DNA of 13,398 nt from Candidatus Hadarchaeota archaeon (lineage in GTDB: Archaea > CAYQAE01 > CAYVLA01): contig CAYVLA010000018.1 in assembly GCA_964452145.1 (NCBI GenBank), forward strand, positions 27,849-41,246, in the 5' to 3' direction. The translations under genes and the position numbers were made by a program. Positions 7,901 to 13,398 of the stretch are shown here, piece by piece. Numbering within the stretch: the stretch's first letter is position 1; every line of letters starts with the position of its first letter. Under the pieces are notes generated by a model, which saw only the letters and a list, made by a program, of their open reading frames with translations, did not search any database and was not told the DNA's origin.

Positions 7901-9578
7901 ATGTGCCAATGTGGTACTGGGTGGCGTCCCCGGAGACTACTGGCAGAGGACGACCGCTTCGTTCGTTGTCCAGCAACCTCTCGAAGAAACGCGCAGGATC
8001 TGCGATCTCTATTCTTGGTAGAAGCGTGCTCAGTTCATCCGATCTGCCAAGCATCCATGGACTGGGGGGCTTGAAATCCTGACAGTCCATTCTGAGATCA
8101 AAAGGATGGCCCATCGACACCATCTCGTCAAGACCGTCATATGCTCTCTCCCTGAACTGTTCGAAGCTGTTCGCTGGGAAATCCATGGGCACCATTCGAC
8201 AGGGAACGGTCGTGCCATCTAACGACATGTGTCTGAACAGTGGAGGAAACCCTTCGATGGTCTTGCACCATACGGCTCCTATCATGCCTGATTTGGCGAG
8301 GATCTGGGGCAGCTGGGGAATATGCCCAAACACATCCCAAGGATGGTAGACCTTCGGGTCCACCCCAAACTGGGATCGTGCGAAGAGTTTGCCGTAGAGA
8401 ATGTTGCGGATTATCTGCTCGCCGGAGATGTTCTTCTCACTGGGCTCATTATACGATCCTGCCAGAATCACTCTGCCTGCACGGACAAGACCAATCAGAT
8501 AGTCGCGGTTCTCGGGTACGCAATCCATGTATGGTTTCAGGTAGTCCAGTTCGTGGAGGATGAATCTGAAACCCGGATCAGCCCGGCAGAAGTCCAGATA
8601 CTGGGTTACGTTATGAAACGCAACCTCGGTGTGCATGGCTTGTGAGTACTTGTACACCGGGTCGCAGTGGAAACCTACGCCTAGATAGACCGCGGAATCC
8701 AACCAAGGAGGATGTCGAGGGTTGGTCAGGCGTCGAGAGGCTGATCCCCGTGCTGACCCGGCCCTGATCCCAACACTGATCCGGCCGCCGGCCGTCCCGC
8801 CAGCGCCTACCTCTAGCCCGCAGACCACTCTCGTGATGTCGCGCCGACCAACAACTTCAACTGTTCCCGTCGCGGCCGGCTGCTGCCCATCCAAGGTCAC
8901 TCGGAATGGTATGCCCGCGAAATCGACGTCCGTGGTGTTGACGAGGTAAAACTCGATCTCGGCTTTCGGGCGTGCCTCGGCTCCTCGGAAGTACCCAGTA
9001 GCCTTTGGCGCTGTTACAAGCAGACCAGATCGGCCCACCGGTTTGGCGGGGTGAAAGGCGCACGACAGGGTCCACGACCCTTGTTGGTTCGTCCAACCGA
9101 TGACTTTGACAACAAGCAAGTTACTGCCCTTCTTCAGAGAAATCCGAACAGGACCTGATTCATGTGCGATGGCACAGTGGTTCAGGATAAGGGTCCCGAG
9201 TTCCTGTGGAACAAAATCACAGACGAATAGCTGATCGCGATGCGCTGAGATGTATGCGGCAGCATAGGCGATGCCACCACTTGACGAGGAATAGAGCGAT
9301 GCGAAATCGATCGGACCATCTCGGGGCGCGACTTCTTCCCAGTATGCCTCCCCATCCGCTGCTTGCCCCGATCTGACGAGGTCTCCCGCAGTAGGTTCAA
9401 CGGACAACTCCCCGCCTAGAGGATCGAGGTCTGGCATCTCAGGTCTGCCCAGCTGATAGAGCCTGAAGTACCCCGACACATCCAAGGGTTGAAAGGGTCC
9501 GCAGATCAGCCACCTCGGTATGTTGCCCAGTCTCGCAAGAGTGCTGGCATGAACGTCGCATGGCCACTTCGAGGGCAA
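4908..9578 (-). CDS. GH38 alpha-mannosidase, large multidomain Rv0648/NEW3-type with an extra N-terminal beta-sandwich (probable start TTG 9578; the ORF is open to 9794)
   Basis: GH38 motifs: Zn-binding 'FHCDPVY', 'ELDYLKPY', 'GSYNEP', nucleophile 'DVFGH', probable acid/base 'QDFKPP', 'HHDGITGT', 'VFNALNWERTD', 'IENEFLRI', 'MLRLYEAEG'. C-terminal 'QPTYSKYWRHNLGAAP' and 'APAGWTVTP' are NEW3-like. Confidence 0.93.
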   Translation of the reverse strand: MPSKWPCDVHASTLARLGNIPRWLICGPFQPLDVSGYFRLYQLGRPEMPDLDPLGGELSVEPTAGDLVRSGQAADGEAYWEEVAPRDGPIDFASLYSSSSGGIAYAAAYISAHRDQLFVCDFVPQELGTLILNHCAIAHESGPVRISLKKGSNLLVVKVIGWTNQQGSWTLSCAFHPAKPVGRSGLLVTAPKATGYFRGAEARPKAEIEFYLVNTTDVDFAGIPFRVTLDGQQPAATGTVEVVGRRDITRVVCGLEVGAGGTAGGRISVGIRAGSARGSASRRLTNPRHPPWLDSAVYLGVGFHCDPVYKYSQAMHTEVAFHNVTQYLDFCRADPGFRFILHELDYLKPYMDCVPENRDYLIGLVRAGRVILAGSYNEPSEKNISGEQIIRNILYGKLFARSQFGVDPKVYHPWDVFGHIPQLPQILAKSGMIGAVWCKTIEGFPPLFRHMSLDGTTVPCRMVPMDFPANSFEQFRERAYDGLDEMVSMGHPFDLRMDCQDFKPPSPWMLGRSDELSTLLPRIEIADPARFFERLLDNERSGRPLPVVSGDATQYHIGTSLSRVELKIANRLIESALYSAELLSTFASVLGRPYPDIILDKAWRQILFNSHHDGITGTCSDISYLDMLQGYREALALAKLIVKESLSFIAANIDTTGTACIPLIVFNALNWERTDVVRAWVRFPRPVPSFSLTDMKGDRIPFSVLESEATDQGTLAARIEFVAHGIPSCGYSVYGVSPMEEGTLPQWESLTDADCIENEFLRIKVDRSRGGGICSFIDKQSGKEIVREDGDHLANEIAVLKEKGDRPDPSWEFHTTGEKTFSRDYPVDVTVQKSGPTMRILVRGRLGETCDLVREIWLRRGMRRVDLRTEIRHYSGQDDLLAVLFPIQVEGAGLTFEERFGAIVKSPGRSALDYRTWAGHAYSGCAIHSSQNFFDYGSTTKMRFVDGQGRTAASVPLGLVGLILPPKYGAVENIAADLQKGLANRGILTTPIPGDEARNMGLGNASFTISLGYAGNNPYSSSVLRRAEEAVREYLADQIRHKGFGLVVVKDNAPYVGDNAPVLVVEARNPSALEEAVGFLLQGLESGDLVLPEHSNRLGDNSVEDYGVSVLNNGNMANTVEPDGTMTLLLEHTSDWVRKHLGQRFVPEQTDRVFFYAVYPHAASWREAQSYRRGWEYNIPLISIQVDRHKGRLPPRHSFLTISSSNVVLSACRPKDNPVATFESFEPGAGGGVMLRLYEAEGKATEMEVKLSCEISEIWKTNLLGERLGQVDRVGNSFSDCIGPFAVETYEVKPSGVLPTVHIGEAAAEVMQPTYSKYWRHNLGAAPWRFQPVAVSLQGSAVSEVNGYPAELNRISASVVNNYADRSISGNAFIDAPAGWTVTPRTLRYEVAPGKHASYPVTFGFSRLRKRGLLQVRLTHEGQILEDAMEIGSSSRHLYQGKDVEPPLGPDVNDDPGIVWSASAEDDVLTVRVENRYYEPVGGTIAMISPLESWSEEEVGDYSLLELEPAVRGFHIAGRSSCALQFALVRRTACEASLWAYAKLICNGRAEYKKAL

Positions 9579-9585
9579 GAACAAG

Positions 9586-9627
9586 CACCCATGTCTCTGT
9601 AGGAACGCCGGATCGAGTCGGATATAA
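9586..9627 (-). promoter_or_regulatory. Candidate TATA box (TTATAT, 9627-9622) and RBS (GGGTG, 9590-9586) for the GH38 gene
   Basis: The minus strand reads CACTTATATCCG ... GGGTG-cttgttc-TTG. The TTG at 9578 is in frame with the GH38 ORF and 7 nt after the RBS. Confidence 0.5.
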
Positions 9628-9851
9628 GTGTCTGTGTGCCTCGAGATGGTGAAGGTGACGATCTGCTCACAACCGCCCCGTTCACGCGCGGTGTCAGGTG
9701 AAGAAATGCGGTACGACGGGATGCTCTGCGGTCGCGACACCGAATCCCATAGGCCCGTCTTCTGTGCTGATCTGCAGGGAAGTTCGTGTTGCATATTGCT
9801 GCGCAGTTTCCCGCTATGCTGTTTAGAGGTGCGTATGAATGCAATCTAGCG

Positions 9852-9892
9852 CCTAAGATTTTTATGGCCAAATCGCCGGGGCAAGGCGGGTG
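9852..9892 (+). promoter_or_regulatory. Candidate TATA box (TTTTTATG, 9859-9866) and RBS (GGGTG) for the FG-GAP gene
   Basis: AAGATTTTTATGG lies about 32-39 bp upstream of TTG 9898. GGGTG at 9888-9892 is 5 nt before the start. Confidence 0.5.
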
Positions 9893-9897
9893 TCACG

Positions 9898-11304
9898 TTG
9901 AGAGTTAGAACAACTACGTTTCTTGTCTTCCTAGTATGTTCGGTCTCGGTGTATCCCGTTCTGGCAAAGGACTACGACTTAGTCGTCAAGTGGAAGACAC
10001 CGCTCTACACGATCGATGCTCCGGGCAAGCTCGGATTCTACCAGATCATGGCTGACCTGGACAACGACGGGAAGATGGAGATACTTGTGTCGATCCTCCA
10101 AGAAGGATATACCCTAGCAGTGCTGAACGCCGATGGCAGCATACGATGGCGGATCGACGAGTTCAGGTTGTGCTCGGTAACTCAGCTCGCCGTTGGAGAC
10201 ATTACAGGCGATTCGAAGAAGGAGATTGTGCTCATCAGTAGGTATCCCTGGGCCACGAAGAAATCCTGGCCCAGAGTCCATGCTTACGATACGAATGGTA
10301 ACCAGATTTGGGCCTTCAACCTTAGCAGTGAGCCCATGTTCTGTTCTGTGACGATAGCCGACATCGATGGGGATGGCAAGGGAGAGGTGCTCGCTCCCGA
10401 CAGGAATGGCAATATCGTATGCTTGGATGGCGATGGCAAGCTGATCTGGAACTATGCATCGAAGGGAACACAGGCCTACACGAACCTGGCGGTCGGAGAC
10501 GTGACAGGCAATGGACTGCCCGAGGTCGTTTCAGCAAGTCCCAGTAACCTCACCATACTGGAAGCCAAGACAGGAAGGGTAATTTTCACCAGTAATGAAA
10601 GTGCAGGCATTCCTCTCGGAGGTACTATTACGGGCCCGATCCTCGTAGACATATACCCGGACCCCGGGAAGGAGATCGTGATCGATACTGGCAGCCGGAT
10701 AGTATGTGTGAATGGGAAGGGAGAATTCAAGTGGCAGTACAACCGAGACTGGCCAGGTCCTTCGCAGAACCAACCTGCAGCAGGTGACCTCGACGGGGAT
10801 GGAAGGGCCGACATCGTCTTTGGTTCGAACAACAACACGTTAACCGTGCTCAGCTACGGAGAACGCTTATGGGAATGGAAGGGACCGGAGGGCAGCCAGT
10901 ACGGAGTGCAGGGAGGACAAGCGATCGCCGACCTCGATGGAGATGGGTTTCAGGAGGTCATCTGGAACTCGTGGGATGGTAACCTATACGTCGCTGACGG
11001 TCGAAGCGGGCGAATCAAGACAACCTATACATTTCCAGCTTCGAAGATCGGGTTCGCCGCGCCAATGGTAGGCGATGTGGACGGGGATGGCAGACTTGAA
11101 ATCGTCGTCACGGCGGGCGACAACGTAGTATATTGCCTAGCTGCGCCTGTCGCCAAGACGGGTAACGCCGTCTGGCCCCTCTGGAGATTTGATCCAGGCA
11201 ACACCGGCAACTTCGAGCTTGCCGTTCCCGAAGGCCTCTTGAGTGCTCTAGGTTTGTTGTTCCTGCTCGTTGGCGTGCTCAGCCAAAGGACAAAACACAG
11301 ATAG
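9898..11304 (+). CDS. Secreted FG-GAP/VCBS-repeat beta-propeller protein with a PEF/PEP-CTERM-like sorting tail
   Basis: Signal peptide ending VLA-K. Eight Ca-blade repeats: DLDNDGKMEI, DITGDSKKEI, DIDGDGKGEV, DVTGNGLPEV, DIYPDPGKEI, DLDGDGRADI, DLDGDGFQEV, DVDGDGRLEI. Closing motif 'WPLWRFDPGNTG'. Tail 'VPEG-LLSALGLLFLLVGVL-SQRTKHR'. Confidence 0.9.
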   Translation: MRVRTTTFLVFLVCSVSVYPVLAKDYDLVVKWKTPLYTIDAPGKLGFYQIMADLDNDGKMEILVSILQEGYTLAVLNADGSIRWRIDEFRLCSVTQLAVGDITGDSKKEIVLISRYPWATKKSWPRVHAYDTNGNQIWAFNLSSEPMFCSVTIADIDGDGKGEVLAPDRNGNIVCLDGDGKLIWNYASKGTQAYTNLAVGDVTGNGLPEVVSASPSNLTILEAKTGRVIFTSNESAGIPLGGTITGPILVDIYPDPGKEIVIDTGSRIVCVNGKGEFKWQYNRDWPGPSQNQPAAGDLDGDGRADIVFGSNNNTLTVLSYGERLWEWKGPEGSQYGVQGGQAIADLDGDGFQEVIWNSWDGNLYVADGRSGRIKTTYTFPASKIGFAAPMVGDVDGDGRLEIVVTAGDNVVYCLAAPVAKTGNAVWPLWRFDPGNTGNFELAVPEGLLSALGLLFLLVGVLSQRTKHR

Positions 11305-11419
11305 GGAGAGGAACTGACAGGGCTGTTATGCCCCCCGCTCTAGTTCCATGCGGGCCTGAGTCCCAAAGCTGCTAGTGTTGGTGCTTTAATCCCGGGCTGC
11401 AAAGGAGCATCGTTGTTCG

Positions 11420-12565
11420 ATGTTGGATCTTGAAAGGCTGGACATAGCGTCGCAACGCGCAGCCAACTGGCTTGCGAGGATTGCCCAGATAGGAGAACCG
11501 ACCGACCCAAACAGGGGGGCGATAAGAACCGAGTATTTCTTCCATGAGAAGACGTTCGTCCTCAGGCCGTATGTGTGGCATAGCGCAGAGGCGATCAGAG
11601 CATTGTCGATGCTCTCGTGCCGGATAGGCAACTCCGAATGGAGGCAGTCGGCGCAAGCTGCAGCGGACTACTTGGGGAGAATACAGTGCAAGGATGGCAC
11701 TCACAAGGGGTCGTTCTTCAGGCCGTGGTTGAATGGGACCGAGCCCCTGTACGTTGACATGAACTATCAATCCCTCGGAGGTTTGGTGGAGCTTCATCGG
11801 ACGACAGGCGATCCAGGTTGCCTGAGAATCGCCAAAGATGCTGCTGATTGGTTTGTGGACGCTGCCTGTCGCACTGACGGTACGCATCTAGGAGAGTACT
11901 ACCCAGATCGAGGTGTGCTAGGCGGTTTCAGAAGCCATATGCTTGATGAGGGAGGGTTCCTCATGCTCCACAAGTTCACAGGGAAGAAGATCTATCGGGT
12001 GGTGTTTCAGAGACAGGTTGACGCCTTGGTGAATTCAGCGGACGGGGAGGGAATGTTCTCCTGTAGAACCGATCCCGAGATGCAGTTCTGGCCACATCTC
12101 CGAATGCAGAACATCGCCTCCAGGGCGCAGTACTGGCATGTGGCCCCACTTCTTGCAGCTTACCTGGAATGGCCGAGGAGCACCTATCGAGAGGTGCTTG
12201 AGACCGTTGCTCTCCTGATGATGAGGTGGCAAAGCTCGAGGGGCTTTCTATGGAACGTCTACCAGCCCAACGGCAGACCTACCGAGCGCGAGCGCCCAGA
12301 TGGAGCGGCGACTTCAATGTTCGCGAATGTGTGGCTGCATCTCCACGATATCACCGGAGAACAGAGGTACCTCGAAGCGTCAGAACGCGCCCTCAATTGG
12401 GTTTTGGAATCCCAGTACAAGAATGCATCCGACAAGGACACGTTTGGGGCTTTCTTCCAGGAAAGAGCGTCTCACGGCGGCAGGTGGTACGACTATCTGA
12501 GGGATATCTCCTCCAGTTTCGGCATCATTGCTTGCGAGGAGTACATCAAGAGATTCGGCCCTTAG
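11420..12565 (+). CDS. Cytoplasmic six-hairpin (alpha/alpha)6-barrel enzyme (AGE epimerase / GH76 / GH88-like superfamily)
   Basis: Repeated helical hairpin motif: 'LSCRIGNSEWRQSAQAAADYL', 'LHRTTGDPGCLRIAKDAADWF', 'LHKFTGKKIYR', 'LHDITGEQRYLEASERALNWV'. Also 'PDGAATSM'. No signal peptide. TTTAAT at 11385-11390 and AAGGAG at 11402-11407 upstream. Confidence 0.78.
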   Translation: MLDLERLDIASQRAANWLARIAQIGEPTDPNRGAIRTEYFFHEKTFVLRPYVWHSAEAIRALSMLSCRIGNSEWRQSAQAAADYLGRIQCKDGTHKGSFFRPWLNGTEPLYVDMNYQSLGGLVELHRTTGDPGCLRIAKDAADWFVDAACRTDGTHLGEYYPDRGVLGGFRSHMLDEGGFLMLHKFTGKKIYRVVFQRQVDALVNSADGEGMFSCRTDPEMQFWPHLRMQNIASRAQYWHVAPLLAAYLEWPRSTYREVLETVALLMMRWQSSRGFLWNVYQPNGRPTERERPDGAATSMFANVWLHLHDITGEQRYLEASERALNWVLESQYKNASDKDTFGAFFQERASHGGRWYDYLRDISSSFGIIACEEYIKRFGP

Positions 12566-12697
12566 ACTAGCGTCATGACAGTCTATCACAGGGTGACACA
12601 ATGAAAACGAGTCCAATCTCTCAAGCACATGAATACCACAGACAAAGTTGTCAGTTCACTAGGTGTTGGCTGTCTCGCCGGTCCTGAATGGTGATGT

Positions 12698-12730
12698 AGG
12701 GTGGAAACCATGGGGCACAGGGTGGAACCA
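12698..12730 (+). repeat. Imperfect direct repeat AGGGTGGAA(A)CCA x2
   Basis: AGGGTGGAAACCA at 12698-12710 and AGGGTGGAACCA at 12719-12730, 21-bp period. Confidence 0.65.
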
Positions 12731-12779
12731 GAGTCGCCGCACGCCGAAGGCAGCGCAGATAGGCAGAGAGCAAACGAAT

Positions 12780-12787
12780 GATATAAG
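12780..12787 (+). promoter_or_regulatory. Candidate TATA box (GATATAAG) for the RHH gene
   Basis: Preceded by purine-rich GCAAACGAA (BRE-like) and located 27-34 bp before ATG 12814, which fits a leaderless or near-leaderless archaeal transcript. Confidence 0.5.
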
Positions 12788-12813
12788 AGGAAGTTCGAGC
12801 AAATGACAAGGTG

Positions 12814-12981
12814 ATGGACAGGGCGAGGAGATCGGTTCGGATAAGCGTTACTGTGGATGCAGTGACCTATGACAAGCTGGCGTTCATAGCAGAGAAGAAG
12901 GGGCTTGGTGTCTCGGCGATCGTGCGGAGTCGTCTTGTTCAATGGCTGCAGGAATGGGATGATCCTAGGAAGAAAGGATGA
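12814..12981 (+). CDS. Ribbon-helix-helix (CopG/Arc/MetJ-like) DNA-binding protein, 55 aa; not in the supplied ORF track
   Basis: Manual translation: MDRARRSVRISVTVDAVTYDKLAFIAEKKGLGVSAIVRSRLVQWLQEWDDPRKKG*. It has an alternating beta strand (VRISVTV), helix A (YDKLAFIAEKK), a G-x-x-x-S turn and helix B (SAIVRSRLVQWL). Alternative start GTG 12811. Confidence 0.85.
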   Translation: MDRARRSVRISVTVDAVTYDKLAFIAEKKGLGVSAIVRSRLVQWLQEWDDPRKKG

Positions 12982-13085
12982 TCGCACAATGTCCTGTCCT
13001 CGCTATCTCCTCCGCGCCTGAGGGCCCTGGCTGCATGAAACGTCGAGTAGTAGGCCTTCGCGGTGGCCTGCTTCGGATCTCCTTC
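12965..13085 (-). pseudogene. Decayed HEPN-domain gene fragment
   Basis: The minus strand encodes 'EGDPKQATAKAYYSTFHAARAL' (13085-13020), matching the archaeal HEPN signature 'G.Y..A...AYY.MFHAARALL'. Similarity ends abruptly. A shifted frame continues 'GAEEIA', like the last HEPN helix. Confidence 0.72.
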
Positions 13086-13176
13086 CGCGGTGATGGTGCA
13101 TCGCTGCCCCTCCTGGGATCTTGATGAGACAGTGGCCATGATCGATGAAGCTTCACCGAGATACGCAGCATCGCGG

Positions 13177-13308
13177 CGGGGTCCCCGGCGGAGATCATCG
13201 GGGTCCCCGGCAGTATCGAGCAGGAGTGTGGCATTTCTCGGACAAACTGCAAAACGATAGACGTGTGCATAGTTGACTCCCAGCTGGAGAGCCGAGCAGC
13301 CGGGGACC
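13177..13308. repeat. 13-bp direct repeat CGGGGTCCCCGGC x2 plus a 10-bp inverted copy
   Basis: Exact copies at 13177-13189 and 13199-13211 (22-bp period). GCCGGGGACC at 13299-13308 is the reverse complement of 13202-13211. Confidence 0.75.
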
Positions 13309-13398
13309 AAGAAGCTAAGCATCGAATGCCTCAGAGGCTATGTTATGTTAGGAACACCACCCTGATTCCGACACCCCAGGGCTTCTTCGTTGGTAACG

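Noticed and set aside
4997..9871. Many short ORFs nested in or antisense to GH38 (and likewise within the other genes)
   Set aside because: Shadow ORFs expected in GC-rich coding DNA. The host frames carry continuous family motifs.
11310..11347. GGAACT/AGTTCC inverted repeat with inner GGGC/GCCC after the FG-GAP gene as a terminator
   Set aside because: Short interrupted stem with no following U-tract, too weak to call.
12586..12987. 133-aa minus-strand ORF
   Set aside because: Antisense to the RHH gene and its promoter, with low-quality composition.
13177..13211. Palindromic direct repeats as a mini CRISPR array
   Set aside because: Only two 13-bp copies with a 9-bp gap, far from CRISPR repeat and spacer sizes, and no cas genes.
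13202..13309. GGTCCCC...GGGGACC-A resembles a tRNA acceptor stem
   Set aside because: No T-loop (GTTCRA), D-arm or anticodon arm on either strand.
12939..13322. 127-aa minus-strand ORF as an intact HEPN gene
   Set aside because: Only about 22 residues resemble HEPN. The flanks are unrelated and run through repeats.

Overview
GC-rich window, probably from an archaeon. That assignment is an inference from TATA-like boxes about 25-45 bp before several starts, GGGTG/GGTGG ribosome-binding sites, TTG/GTG starts and a PEF-CTERM-like tail. Most of it is a carbohydrate-processing cluster: a partial hypothetical CDS, a secreted membrane-anchored ThuA/GATase1-like protein, an isolated C-terminal beta-sandwich module of a GH106/GH2-like glycosidase, an MFS transporter, a ~1,550-aa GH38 alpha-mannosidase of the mycobacterial Rv0648/NEW3 type, a secreted 8-repeat FG-GAP beta-propeller with a 'VPEG'-TM-basic sorting tail, and a cytoplasmic (alpha/alpha)6-barrel enzyme. 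A doubly truncated ISL3 transposase sits inside the cluster. At the right end are a 55-aa ribbon-helix-helix gene missed by the ORF track, a convergent decayed HEPN fragment, and a repeat-bounded hairpin of unknown nature. No rRNA, tRNA or CRISPR array was seen. Family assignments come from motif recognition by eye, not from database searches.
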